Positions 34,674 to 48,425 are shown, numbered from the stretch's first letter. The stretch is 64,000 bases of DNA from Azolla caroliniana (GCA_043228905.1 JBHGNT010000021.1:7130001-7194000); one strand, 5' to 3'. Made by a program: numbers and translations. Notes: generated by a model from the letters alone, not told the origin.

Positions 34674-36754
34674 ATGAAGGGGTCGGATATTGCAGAGGCC
34701 ATGGCTTCGGCCGTGGACCGGATAGTGAGCGCGCGCGAGGGCACTGGCGCCCTTGACAGGGCTATTGAGGCGATCGTCGGTATGATCGGCCGGTTCAATG
34801 GAAAGGATGCCACGAGTTATTTGGCGTCCTACCGGGCGGAGATGTTGATGAGGGATATTCCGGAAGAGAGGCGTCTTGCCGGATTCCCTCGAGTGGCGAT
34901 GTCGGGCATCCATGCGGAGAGCCGGACCTGGGAGGAGTTCGAAGGACGGCTCCTGGAGAAATACAGGCTGGATGACGCGCTTCGACTTTCGAAGCGGGGC
35001 TTCATGGAGTGGGTGGAATCCCCCGACAAAGGAAGAAATGCGTCGGCACTCCTCTGGGAGTTTGAGGATCGCTTTGTGCGCCTTTCGGGGCTCGATCGGA
35101 CCGTTCTAGGCACAAGTCGCGTCCTACTGTTTGTCAAATCGGTTGACGCACGGGATCGGGAGCAAGTGGGCTCCTTACTGGAAACCGAAGACGGGCTGAC
35201 GGCCGACTGGGCCGCGGTAAAAAGAGTCTGCGGCCGTTTTGACAAACGGTGGGAGTGGGCTGATACAGGGGCGACTGGGGCGGGTCCTGTCGCAGCAAGG
35301 AAGCTCGAACCGATACCGCAGGCGCGACGGGAAGAGACCCGGGGGTGGCTCGAAACTAGTTCGGCTTCGATTAGCGTGGTCAGAGGCCCGTCCGGGGGGA
35401 CAGCTTTGGAGGAGCTAACACGGGCGGTAAAGGATCTCCAGATCGCCCAGGCTCGAAGGGAAGGCGGCAATCAGGCTCGTGACCGACGGCCTCCGGCAAG
35501 AAATAGGTGCATGTGGTGCGACGAGGTCGGCCACATCCGGAAAGACTGCGAGGACTTTACGGAGGCTTTGAGAAGCCGGGTAGTGCACCTGTGGGAAGGT
35601 CGGGTGCACGCCAGCGATACCCGGAGGGCCCTGAACCGAAATGACGGGCGAGGAGGAATGAAAAGGCTGATGGAAGAGGTGGCGGCCCGGCACGCGGAGA
35701 CCGTCCACTACTCAGCGTCAGCCGGTATTCGGGTCGGAGGCAACGAGGCCCGGAAGGAGAGCAAAGCCGGGTTCTGGCCGACGGTGCTGGAAGGCCTCGC
35801 CGGTGCCCGACTAAAGAAAGACGAGGTGGACCGCGCGGAGAAGCGGGTCCAGGAGGTAACCGGGTGGAGTGACCCGGTCGAAGAAAAGACGGGTTTCGTC
35901 GAAGCAGCTTGCCAGAACTACGAGGCTCTAGTTGAAGACAAACGGGTAGGTAAAACCGGAGGGGCCGGACCCTCACAGAGATACGAAAACCGATTCAGGC
36001 CGAAACAAAACGAGACCGGTGAGACCAGTGCCCGAGATAACAACAAGAAGGGCGGATACCGGTTGGGCACGGAGATCGAAAGGACCACGGACCTACGAAA
36101 GGTCCGGTGGAACTGTCGTTGCAGGAGGTGCTCGGAATCGCCAAGAAGGAGTTCCACGACTCCATCGTAGACTTGGTAAAGAGGAAGAGGTTGTCGACGG
36201 AGACAGAACCGGAAAGGCCGGTGGAGGTGCGGACGACGCACATGGAGGACATGGCACTGGAAGACGAGTGGGCGGAGAGCCACTACTCGAGGCCACACCG
36301 GGTCCGAGCGACCACGGAAACCCCGGTGAAGATCGGAGATGTTCAGGAACCGGTGGGGGCGCTGGTGGACCACGGTTCGGAAATAGACCTGATGTCCGTG
36401 GACTTCTACAAGAAGGGGAAATGGTCGATCAACACCAAGCACGGGTGGAAGATACGGGCGGCGACGCACGCCACCGAGGAACTACACGGGGCCTGCCCAA
36501 ACGTGAGAGTCAAGATCGGCGACGTCGAGATAGATCAGCACTTCTTTGTGCAGGAGACGTCCTCGCACCCGGTCATACTGGGAGAACCGTACATTACGGC
36601 AGCGCGGATGGAGACCAAGGTGTTGGATAACGGGTCGGCTTACACGAGGTTCAAGAGTCAAGACGGGTGTAATTCGGTCCAGTTCCTGACGGTGCGACCG
36701 AACCACGAGCGAAACCGCGAGTCCCTCGGTGGCGAGAACCGAGAGGATTTTTAG
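34674..36754 (+). pseudogene. gag: ORF1 of F: Gag, CCHC knuckle and aspartic protease
   Basis: CMWCDEVGHIRKDC, ALVDHGSEIDLM, VILGEPY. A small deletion near 36105 relative to E shifts the frame. Confidence 0.88.
36745..36754 (+). promoter_or_regulatory. Putative -1 ribosomal frameshift site G_GAT_TTT_TAG (F)
   Basis: Heptamer abuts the ORF1 stop. The pol frame is -1 and open across it. Identical in E. Confidence 0.65.
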
Positions 36755-39700
36755 AGAGGGCTGTCAAGGCGTGGGGCCACGACAGTCCGGACACTCCGGA
36801 AAAACCCCACAAATGTACGATAGAGGCAAAACCGAAGAAACCTTGTACCATAAGTAGGAAGTTTTGTTTCTCCGACAACGGAGGGTGTACGATAGTCGGC
36901 GTCGTTGGCCAAGAAAAGACAAGGGCCGAAGAGCGACTTCGGGCATGCGGAGTTCTCGGTCCCAACGAGGAAATCAACGGAGCCGTGGAGGCGGTCTCCT
37001 TCGACGATACCTTGGGAATACTACGAGAGGTGGTCGGAGAAGGCCTTAAAGAGGACCGTACGATACCGGTTTGTTCAGAAGAGATGTACGAAATCATCAC
37101 GGACTTCAGTCGAGGGCTCGAGTCGGATCGGACGGCCCGGGTTAACACGAAGTACAAGACTGTGGACCGGAAGGTAAGGCCAGTCGTGGCACCCTTACCG
37201 GAGGGCAGCGAGTTGCAAATCAAGGGGGTCGCGTCGGACCCCAGTTTACGAGATCCGGCCTGCATAGGACACACCTTCATCGACAGAACGCTATGGGAGC
37301 TAAAAATCGGTGGGGGCGAGTTCCTACTGCTGGCGGAAGAAGACCGGTTTCGGAGAATGCTCGGAAGGCACAGGAAAGCCTTCGCATTCTCACCGGGAGA
37401 GATCGGGTGCGTAGACCCGACAGTCGTGAAGCCGATGGTGATATTCACGGTACCGCATGTGCCGTGGAATCTCAAACCAATTCCAATACCGAGAGCTCAC
37501 ATCCTGGAGCTGATGGAGCTGTTGAGGCAGAAAGTCAATATGGGCATCCTCGAACCGTCGAGTGCCCCGTACTCGAACCGGTGGTTTACTGTACTGAAGA
37601 AGAACGGGACGTTGCGCTTCATTCAAGACCTGCAACCGGTCAACAGAGTGACCATTCGGAACGCAGGAATCGGACCAACGATAGACGAGTTCGTAGAGGC
37701 CTTCTCCAGAAGGTCGATCTACTCGGTCGGTGATCTGTACTCGGGGTACGATCAGTTCCAACTAGCCGTAGAGAGCAGAGACATTACGACGATGTGGACT
37801 CCTCTCAGCCTAGTGCGGATGTGTACCCTGCCACAAGGAGGGACGAACTCGGTGGCCCACATGGTGAATGTGATGAACAACATGCTGAGGGATTGTATCT
37901 CGGACATCACCATGCCATTCTTGGACGACATCCCGATCAAGGGATGTCTGGTGGAGGAAAAGGACGAAACGATCGGACCGGACGGATGCCGGAGATTCGT
38001 GGCAACACACATTGACGACTGCGAGAGGGTGCTGCAGAGGCTAGAGGACGCGAGGCTCACCTTCTCCGGGGAGAAATCGGCCTTCGGGCAATCAGAGATC
38101 ATGGTCGTCGGACATCTATGCGGACCGTATGGCCGGAAACCGTCTCCGGCTAAGGTGGAAGCCATCTCCGCAATGAAGCACGACTACAACTCGGTCACGG
38201 AGGTACGAAGGTTCTTGGGAGCATGCGCGTTCTACCACATATGGATCCCGCATTACGCCCACGTTGTCGAGCCGCTATACGGGTTGCTGAAAAAGGGGCG
38301 AAAATTCGAGTGGCAAGTCGAGCATACGGAGTCGGTCCGAAAGATGAAGGAGGCTCTTGCTGCAGCTCCGGCACTCCAGAAGGCTGTCTACGAGAAAGGC
38401 ACCCCCATCTACATAACGGTAGATACAAGTCCGACCGGGATCGGATGGGTCGTCAACCAAGAAGATGAGGACGGTATTCGGTTCCCAATCCGGTTCAGCG
38501 CGAAGGTCCTTAGCGAGCGATAGCGAGGATACGCCCAAGTTAAACGCGAACTCTGGGGTATCATCTCGGCGGTAAAGGCCGATAAAGACTATCTGATCGG
38601 GACAGAGGTGATTATCGAGACAGACTGCCTGCCGATTCTCGGCATGGTTTCCGGATGCGCAACCCCGGACCTAGCAATGCTCAGGTGGATAGCGTACATC
38701 AAGTCCCTGGATCCGAAAATACGACACATTTCCGGGAAAGACAATGCCATGGCCAACATGCTTTCGAGGGCGCGATTCGACGACGAGGGCGGCATGGTTT
38801 CGGAGAACCAGGAAGTTGGCGTGGACTTCTTCGAGGCGGCTTACGTAACAACCAAGGGGGGGAGCACTCCGGCGCTTAACGATTTCAACGAGAGCAAGTA
38901 CGACGGGGAGTGGCTGCAGATTGGGGAATTCTTAAGGACCATGACGTCGGACGCGTCATGGACAAAGAACAAGGCCAACCGGATCCGGAAGAAAGCGTAC
39001 TGATTCTTTCTCCGGGACGGATACTTGTGGAAGCACCCGAAGAAGAGGAACGGCATCCCGCTCCGAGTAGTGGCGATGGAGGAGGAACATGAGGAGTTGC
39101 CGAAGGCCTACCACGACAGCCCCTGGGCTGGACACCGCGGGACATGGGCCACGTTCGAGAAACTAAAGGGGAAATACTGGTGGCCGAGGCTGTACCGGGA
39201 CGTGCATCGGTTCGTGACAACTTGTGAGAGTTGTCAGATGCACTCCATAGTCCGACATCGGGACGAGCTTCACCCTACTTACCCTCCGGCCATCCATTTC
39301 AAATGGATGGTAGATTTGGTGACGATGCCGATGGGCGTAGGGCAGATATGATATCTGGTGCTGGCCCGGGAGGACCTGACGAACCAGGTGGAAGACTGAG
39401 CCCTGCAGAACAAAACGACCGCAGCCGTGTGTCGGTTCCTGATCGAGGACGTGATATGCCGGTACGGGTGCGTCGGGAAGATTGTAGCTGATCGCGGGGA
39501 GTTGGACACCGAAGAGGCCGAGGAGCTGTTCGACCAGTTAGGGGTCAAGCTCACGCTCACCACAGCGTACAATCCGGAGGCGAACGGGAAGGTGGAGCGC
39601 GGACACAGACCGATCTTCAAAGCGCTAGTCCGGGCGTGTGAAGGCCAGGACGGGAACTGGCCACGATTGTTACCCTATGCCTTGTGGGCGGACCGGACAA

Positions 39701-40332
39701 CGCACAATTCAGTAACCGGGTTCATGCCGTCAGAGCTCATGTTCGGACAGAAGCCGATCATGCCGATGGAATGGACGATCTCCTCTTGGGCGACAGTAGA
39801 CTGGAGAGACGAGATGGGTCGGGAAGAACTGCTAGTGGCGCGTATACGGCAGCTCGAGCGGAGGCCAGAGGACGTGGAACGAGCGGCGGAGAGACTTCGG
39901 ACGGCGAGGATGAAGAACAAAGCCTGGTTCGACCGAACGCACCGGCTCCGACCAAAGAAAATCGAGGAAGGCGACTGGGTGCTAGTCTACGACAGCAGCC
40001 TTGACAACTAGCACCGAGCAACACGGAAGTTTGCGAAGCGGTGGTTCGGGCCTTACGTGGTAACGAGCGCCAACGACAACGGGATGTATCACCTGGCGGA
40101 ACTCGACGGTACGAGGATGGCGATACAGGTAGCAGGGAAGCGGATCAAAGCGTTCAAGAAGCGCCACGACGGCGAACCGGATCTAAGAGGCCTGGACAGC
40201 GACGACGAACAGTCCGAAGCGGAGGACGAATTGATGGACGAAGAACCGGAACCCAGACCAGTTTTCTCCAACCAGAACCCAATTTTGGCGCATACCGGTG
40301 GATGCGCGGTTAGGTGGGGGCGGATGTCGTGA
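36751..40332 (+). pseudogene. pol: ORF2 of F: RT, RNase H, integrase with GPY motif
   Basis: RFIQDLQPVN, DLYSGYDQF, PFLDD, TVDTS, GHRG..CESC, VADRG, ANGKVER, WFGPY. In-frame stops at about 38521, 39001, 39349, 39397 and 40009, mostly CGA>TGA or CAG>TAG. Confidence 0.92.
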
Positions 40333-41925
40333 AGAAAATCGTCCCTTAGCGCAATCGGTGCATAGCGCGCGTGAACCGGCTCTTCACGCGTGCGCGCCCT
40401 TAATGTATATAATAGGGAATTAGGTACATAGGTATATCCTGGGTAGTTAGATTTGGTAGGTAGGAAGTAAATGAGGGAGACGGCTCCCTTCTTGATGCTA
40501 TAAAGGAGAGGGAGACACAGGGAGAAGGGATCGCGCATTGAGGAGGACGAAGTGTTGTCGGACCGGAACCGAATGCTTCTCCTCTATTTGTTCTCTATTG
40601 CTCTTCTCTGCAGGTTTTCGGGAGGCTCGCGCTGCTTCGAGGAACGCCCGTGTGCTTTCGGCAACACCTCCATCCTATCCCCTTTCGTGCGCAGACGAGC
40701 AGGCATCGGCATCTGTTTGTCGGCCTGTTCGGTTGTAACCGCTCGCATGCTCTGTTGTGTTTTTTTTGTGTCACTTGTTAATATACAAACATTTGTGTCT
40801 CTCTGTCTCTGTGTCCATTCGTGTCTTCTGCGTTGACGGGTCGTGTCCCTGTGTTTCTTTGCTCATACGTAACCGGTCGTCTCTCTCTTTCTCTTTCCCC
40901 TCCTATCACCTGCTCTTCGGTTCAAGACCCCGGTGGTCCTGCCTCGTTTCTCGACGAATGCGCATAGTAACGCGACAACGTTCACCGGTACATGCCAAGT
41001 TCGGAGAAGGGTGAGAGATTCCGGCCGGTGATGAACCCGTCTTCCGTAATCCGCATTTCGGATGCCGCGTTGGCCTCGCCAGTCCGAAATATCGGCCCTG
41101 GTTCCTTCTCCACGTTTGCCTCCCCGTAGGCTTGTTCGACCCGTCGATAGGTCATTCGCCACAATCTCGTAGTGTGCGTGCTTCCCCATTGGCCCTCCTC
41201 TCAACCGCATGCATGCTTCTTGTCCCTTCAGATACACTGTGTCCTCCGTCCGAGGAGCACCCGTGATGGCTCGCTTGGTTCTCGTTCCGCGTTGATCTCC
41301 ACCGTCGTCGTCCCCTTGCCGCAACCTACCTTCTCCTTGGTCTTACATTGCCATGGCGGCCAAACTGCCAAGGTCTCTAGAACGAGTGTGGAGGATCCCT
41401 CTCCGATCTTCTACGTGAGATCACCTGGACCGACAATCCATCTTCGCGCCTATATTCCCGCTCTGGCACCTCCATGTGTCGCGCATCCCCTTCTCGTGTT
41501 CGGCTTCGCCCGTGCCGAACTCCGGTTTCGTCCTATGCACACGTCGTTGGCCCTGACCCGACCAGATCGTGCATCACCGCTTCTCCGCATACCGGTGTCC
41601 TCCGCGTATCAGGAACACCCCGTAGTAGCCCGCTTGGCCACTTTCGTCTTCCGTTGTTGCCACCGGTTTGGAGCCTTCCGCTTGGCGTCGTCCCCTCGCC
41701 CCCACTAGCTTGTTACCCCAGGTTTGGTCTGCCACGCTAGTCGTTGCCACTCCGACTAAGCCGCCGAGATCTCCGAAGTGGGTGTGGAGGATCATTCTCC
41801 GGCCCTCGATCCTGCTTCCGGTCTCCAATCCGTGTAGTTTGTTACGCGCCCGTGTTCTCATTCCCAGCACCGCCGTGTGCCGTCTTCCGCCGTCCTTGTT
41901 CGGCACCGCTTGTGCCGAACACCGT

Positions 41926-42656
41926 TGTCGTGATGTTTTTCGTCCATGGTGAGAAAACCGAGCGGGATAGAGAAAACAGAGATGTGCAACATTGCACATG
42001 AACTTAGGGAAATTGTAACATAGGGACAAATAAGCAAATGTAAAGTGTAAGGAGTTAAGGTGCTCTACAAAGTTGTTAAGTGTAAATGTGATGTGCACTT
42101 TGTGGACTAGAGGGAGGTACATAGAGAATGAGTGTAAGAGTGATGGGCATTGAGTAGGACGGCTAGAGGAGAGAGACTTAAGGCCCATCAATCTCGAGAT
42201 CGGGGCAAATATTCTCCTTTGAATGAAAGGGGAATTGACCATTCCTATTGTATTGTGCCTCACCCCTTACCACTATAAAAGGGAGTGAGGGTTCCCTTTT
42301 GAAGGGGTTGCCTATTTTGCGTATGAGAGGTATACCACTTAGTCTAGAGTTCTTACCGTTTTAGGGTTAGGGTTTCCTTTAGGGTTTCCTTATTCATCTT
42401 CGGTTAGGGTTTTCTCATAGTCGTTTGGTGCGGCCCATGCGGCCACCATTGTTGTAATCATTCATTTGTTTTAATATAACTCGTTTAGTATCTTGCCTCC
42501 ACCGATCTCTCCTTCTATCTCATGATCTTATTCTTTCCTCTTCTCCTCTTGAGCTAAGCTTCCATATCATATCTTATTCTTTCTCCTCTAGACCCTAGTC
42601 CAAGACCCCCGCGGTCCCGCCTCAGATCCTACACGTACTCGCAGAATAACGCGACA
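41926..42656 (+). mobile_element. Solo LTR of the Gypsy family
   Basis: TGTCGTG...CGCGACA; TSD ccgt at 41922-41925 and 42657-42660. The 3' half is nearly the same as the LTR of element C. Confidence 0.92.
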
Positions 42657-44994
42657 CCGTCCCGTACCCGTGCTTTGCTTTGGCCCTCGATGGCCACACG
42701 CACGTCTTTTGATCCGCTTTCGAGTGTGCCCTTCCCGGCTCGGCGCACCGCTCCTTGACCGGGTGTCCCCGACATCTTACCGGAAGATCACCCTTGCCAC
42801 GTTCCGACCCGCATGGCCTCCTTCGTTCGCGTGACGCCTCAGCTATTTGGTGCTTCTGCTCTTGTCACCTTCGTCCCCTTGCCACCACCTTCCAATACCC
42901 TCGGTCTCACGTTGTCATGGCGGCCGAACTACCGGGGTCTTCGGACAGGTGTGAAGGATCCTTCTTGGGCCTCTGATTTGTTGGGTCACCGACTCGTGTA
43001 CCGAGCACGTCCAATCTTTCTCTTGCAGACTCTATCGGTCGGGTCCATATCCGGTTCGTGGGCGCGTCACTGGCCTGATACCTCTTTCCGCTCTTTCGGC
43101 CCTTGCTTCGTCGGATCCCGTTCACCTACCGCCACCATCCTTCTCTCTAGGTCTCATGTCAACTCTTTCGACCGACTGCCGGAGTCTCCGGATCGGTGTG
43201 AGGATTGTCGTAGGATCGCCCATCCGCACTTCCCTCATTGTTGGTTCCCGTTTCCTGCCGCCACCATCCTTCTCACTCGGTCTCACGTTGCCATGTCGGC
43301 TTGAACTACTGGTGACTCCGGATCGATGTGAGGACCCCATAGGACTGTCTTCCACGTAGTTTTCCGGTCGGGTCGGTTCCCGTTCTTGCCAGAAGGCCTG
43401 ATTTCGGTTTGTGGCTGCCACTTCCCGCATCGCCAGTTCCCGTTTCCTACCACCACCATCCTTCTCACTCGGTCTCACGTCGCCATGTCAGCTTGAACTG
43501 CCGGTGTCTCCAGATCGATGTGAGGATCCCATAGGACCATCTTCCTTTGCCGTTTTCGCCCTTCTACTTGATCCCGTTCACCTGCCGCCACCGTCCATCT
43601 CTCTAGGTCTCACGCCGGCTCTCGGGCAAGATCATTGTAGGATCGCCCCATCCCTGCCTTTGCTCTCGTCCCCTTGACGCCATCGTCAATCTCTTGGTCT
43701 TACGTCGGCTCTGCTGCCGACTACTAAAGTCTCTAGATCCGGTGTGAAGGATCCTCCTTGGACCCCCAATTTGTCTTCCCGACCTTGTCCCGGGTCATCC
43801 TTCTCCGTATGCTGAGAGGGTGGCTCGCTCCACACCCCCTCCCGTGGTACCGATGTACCGTGTTCCCGGCCTCCCCGTAGGCCTGCTTCTTTCCCCCTTC
43901 TGGATCGGTTATCCAAAAGTCCGCTCCACCCGGTTCTCATCTGGGTCCGTCCGTCACTTTGCATTTTCGGGTCTCGTTCTCCTGCCGCCACTGTCAATAT
44001 CTTGGTCTTACGTCGGATCCGATGCCAACCGCCGAAGTCTCTAGCCCGGTGTGAGGTGACCCATAGGACCAGTCTTCGTTCCTCCGCTTCCGGATCGGTT
44101 GTTTGGCCGTGACCTCCGCGTCCTCACCGCCACTTTCCGTCTCTTAGGTCTTCCGTTGGTTCTTGGACGCAACCGCCTAAGTCTCGGGAACGAGTGTGGA
44201 GGACATATACGTCAATCAACCGCCTCTTTCGTTTCTCCCCCTGCCGCCATCGATGCCCTTCTTTGCGCTTCCCCACCATCTCCCTTCTCTTTCGGTCTCA
44301 CGTTGCCACGCCGGCGGAACTGCCGAAGTCTCCGGTCAAGATGTGGGGACATCGATTTCGTAACGACTCCCGACAACTTGTCCCAGGCCACCAACCCTTT
44401 TAGTGGTGTCGGTGGAAAGAATCCGCTCTATGATCGATCAAGCCCTGCCTGGGCTTGATTCTCCAATGTCCGGGGTTTCGGCTCCGATGCCAATCCCACC
44501 GTACTCGTTCTGTACTCTCGGTCATCTTCTTCCCGATTCCCGACCTTCGCCCGATCGGTCTTTCTCCCCCTGTAAAAGAGGGCGGCCCATCCCGCACCCT
44601 CTCCCGTATCGGCACCTTCATACTGAACCTTGCCCCTGTCGAACGATCCACATCCGGATCGTGCTCCACCGGAATCGGAATGCCGACCAGTTCGATCCCC
44701 GGTCAAGTCGACTTCTGATTCCACTCCCTTCGGCGCCGGCTCTCATTTCCTCTTTCTTCTCTACCGTGGCTCTGTCCCTCAACCTCCTCGCAGGCCGTTT
44801 CCCATCCACCTTCGCTGGCATTGGCCAGGACTCCTTACTGGCGCATCCATCTCCCCGGTCTTATGTCGGCACACAGGCTCGACTGCCGGAGTCTCCGGAA
44901 TCTGCGTGGAGGGCTCTTCTCCTCTCCCGACCTCCACCTTGGCCGGTCTTTCTCCACAATTCGAGAGGGCGTCTCGCTCCACACCCTCTCCTAT

Positions 44995-46482
44995 TGTTGC
45001 ACAAGAATTTGCCTCTCAAAACTCTAGCACAATACATCTAGAAACACACAAGGCACATCATCATAGGGCACCATAACAACATCTTTGAGTTTAAGAAAGA
45101 CCACAAACACAAAGGAGATGAATGGGTATGACAAAGACAATCAATGAAGAAATATGAAAGGGGAGGATCTATATCAAGAGTTGATAATATTATATATATT
45201 CTCACTAAACCAAAGAGGGTTTACAATATTTTATGATAATCATTCATGTACAACAAATAGGAGATTGGAATTGACAAAGATATGTATCATAATCTATGAA
45301 AGGAGGAAAGGAGAATGAAAATAGAGTATTTATTAACAAGACAGATATAAAAACACACGTTACATCAAGAGAGATATTCTATGGCTATCCTATTCTCAAG
45401 GCTTTCACACTCATACTTATATACAATAGGGGCTTAATTGTTAGTTGTTGTGAACTTGACGTTCCTTATGTCCGACGCTCGGCCACAACCGAGATTCTTT
45501 ACATACACAGCAAAACAGGTAATTAAAACGCGACACAAAAGAGGAGAAATGGTGCACAAGAGGTATACGTGGAAAACCCCAAAAAATTAGGGGGAAAAAC
45601 CACGGCAGCCCACAAGCTGCAAACTGTCACTATGCAGAAGTATACAACAGTAAGATCACTGAGGCAACGACCTCGTGCTCTCAGATCTTCGCCACAGGCG
45701 GCGGTTACAACAGAGGCAGGCAACGACCTCGTCTCTCTCTCTCTCTCTGTACAGTTACGCGCTCTGATTTCTTCTTGCACCAACAAGAAGAATAATAATG
45801 ACCACATATAACTAAAAGTTTGCCCTAAGTCATATTTATACTTATATGACTTTTCGGCTATTTACAAATGTAGCCTTGATGGGCTTCATCCGGTTCTCCG
45901 CAGTCGGGTACTCCTCATCCGGCTTCCCGCAGTCGGGCCTACACCATCCGACTATCCGCAGTCAGGCCTACACCATCCGACTATCCGCAGTCGGGATCTC
46001 CCCATCCGGTTCATACCGTTTCGGCCTCGGCCGAGTTTGTTCGTCGGCACTGTTCTTCTCCCTTTCCATCCGAAGGGACCTGTCTACCAACATTAGTTCT
46101 TGCATGTATCTTGCCACGTGTCGCACATGTAACACTTCAACCACTTTCCTTTGTGCATGTAACCGATAGATCTTCTATTTTGGGTATGAAGACGCTTGAT
46201 TCTATGCATGACCCCTTCTAGAAATTGGTATCACATCGAGCAAGCTTTCCAAAGAATGTTTATTTATTAAAATCCAATATTCCCTTGAAATATTACGACC
46301 AAAACATTGACTGCCTATTGTAAAGGCACTCTTTGATTATGTCACATCAATTCATCTTGATTCTTCACATCTACCTTCGACTAAAGCATCCACTATCATG
46401 CCTAAAGTGTCATAACTAGCTTGTGTCCATATTTTACTATCTTTCAACCACTTTGTTGAGCACAAGTATTTACAACACAACA
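44995..46482. mobile_element. AT-rich probable solo LTR (about 836 bp without its nested solo LTR)
   Basis: TGTTG...CAACA ends. Flanks ctat and ccgt; the homologous empty site in element A reads accctctc-ccgt. Confidence 0.6.
45446..46092 (-). mobile_element. Copia solo LTR related to element D
   Basis: Homologous to 55839-56527; TSD ttagt at 45441-45445 and 46093-46097. Confidence 0.93.
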
Positions 46483-47350
46483 CCGTCGTACCGTCGTACC
46501 ATTCCTCGGCCTCTGCCTGGACCTTGCCCGCCTTGTCTGGAAGACCGACTTGATCTGAGTCTTCAGAATCCGTTCACGTGCCAGATCTCTCTTCTTCTTC
46601 AACCATCGCCTTCAAAGCCTCAAACGCTTCCCGGACCAAGGCTTCGACATCGAGCTTCGCCGATTCTTCTTGTTGCATGCCCGCTTCCTACTGTGATGAC
46701 ACACCATCACGCATTATCTTCCTTTTGCCTTTTGCGGACCGCTCCTCGTCCAACTGTCAGCATACTCGTTCGACTTCCGACCAGTCCTCGGTAAGGCCAT
46801 TCGCTCTGTCAGCATCTTCAAGCTCAATCCCGATGGCCTCCCATTCCGCTCGGTCTATTGACCTAACGAATAATAGGACTTTGTCCGCCCCCACCAGACT
46901 TTGCTCCCGCTCCGGGAGCCGAGCAAGCCGTTGCAGGAACTCTCGGAATGCCTTCGTTGCGCCCCGGTGGGTCTTCGCCGATGCAACCCACTGATCGAAG
47001 TCGCGTCGTCCCCGGCTCTTCCACCGTCCTCCATATGCTTGCAGGCGCGCCTCTTCGAAGGCCTCCCACGAACTATGAGCTTCTCGGAGCTCCCTCACTT
47101 CTGCATGCATATAGACGGCAACGACCCGAGAGAAGAACTCCAGCCTCAACGCCTCGTCTACGTCTCGCACCTCCATTTCTACGTTGTAGGCTTCCAAGTA
47201 GAATGGGACTTTGTCCCCATTGAAACGACCGACTCTTTTGACCACTCGCTCAATAGCTTGTTGCGCCCCTTCCCGTCTCACCATCACTCGTCCGAACTTC
47301 AACACCACTTCAGCCACCATCTCCGCGAAGTCATCGTCTTCCAACTCCAT
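46483..47350 (-). pseudogene. gag: Gag capsid-like region of element X
   Basis: MELEDDDF...VKRVGRFNGDKVPFYLEAYNVEM...LTEDWSEVERVC; stop at 46757. Confidence 0.8.
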
Positions 47351-47388
47351 CCTCCCTTGCTGCCATTTCACGTTGGGTTCACCAAAGA

Positions 47389-48421
47389 TGTCACGGTTTT
47401 CCGCGGGTACGTGTAGGATCTTTGGCAGGACCGTGGGGGTCTTGGACTAGGGAGACGGATGGTGGAGTCCTTAAGCTTTGTGGGCTTCAGTGCGGAATCG
47501 GCTTCCGGCTCCAACGAATGTAGGGTTTCACAAAAACGGTTCACCGCGAATATGGATCTGACTCAAATATGTTACAAGGAAAATAGATATACGCTAACAT
47601 GAATATATATTACAAGAGCTTTACAACAAGATGGTTACATGCCCCGAATCCAGTGGCTATTACATATCAATAGGCTAATACAACAAGTTAAGAATGGGAA
47701 CCGACGAAGGCGAGTCAAGTGGGCCGTCGGGACCGCGACATCCACCATTGGTCACACCCTGAAGACGGTAGAGTGTTCCCGTGCCACTTTGCCCTCCCTT
47801 CTCGAACTGGCCGCCACAAGAAACGCTCTCCATCGAGGAGAGGAAGCCGAATCACCAAGTGCTACCACCGGAATGCCTAAAGCCACCGTTGTAGGAACCC
47901 CCAAACCAAACCAAACTCTCACACGAAGAAGAGAGAGTAACACCCGAAACCCTAAGTCGCACGAACTCTCACAAGAAGAAGAACCTAAACGGAATACTAA
48001 CCTCCACTTGAAAGAATAAACCAAACCCACAAGACAATGAAGAAGAAGACTCAAAATGAAACCCTAAACGAAATATGGTGAAAAGACCAAAGTAGAAACC
48101 CTAAGAGAACAAGAATAAGATGAAGAGGGAGAACACTACCAAACCCTAGACCTAAGTGGTATACCCTCCTAACTCAAAATGGGCAACCCTTTTACAAAAG
48201 GCGCTCCCTTCCTTTTATAGAACAAGGAGAGGGATGCATAACAATGTGGGATAAATCCCTTATTACATGGGATCCTCTGTCCCGAATAAACTACTGTCCG
48301 GCACCATAATGGTGCCCCCTATCATTTACACAATTTGTACAAGGGTGAGTGCACATGCTCCACCCCGCCGAATCTTCCGATATTTCCCGGTTTCTCACCA
48401 TGGCCCGGAATCTTCACGACA
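47389..48421 (-). repeat. 5' LTR of element X (1033 bp)
   Basis: TG...CA; adjacent to the Trp PBS; homologous to 32358-33214. Confidence 0.88.
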
Positions 48422-48425
48422 GCGT

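Larger units (their letters stand above)
33975..40977 (+). mobile_element. Full-length Ty3/Gypsy LTR retrotransposon F (non-chromovirus), decayed
   Basis: LTRs 33975-34627 and 40325-40977 (653 bp each). TSD acgt at 33971-33974 and 40978-40981. Trp PBS at 34633-34649. Domain order gag-PR-RT-RH-INT. Confidence 0.96.
33215..48421 (-). mobile_element. Chimeric non-autonomous Gypsy-family element X/Y with nested insertions
   Basis: 5' LTR 47389-48421 (type X), Trp PBS 47368-47384, gag, A-like internal region in pieces (46483-47388, 42661-44994, 40982-41925, 33952-33974), PPT, then the non-matching LTR Y. Right flank gcgt. Confidence 0.75.
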
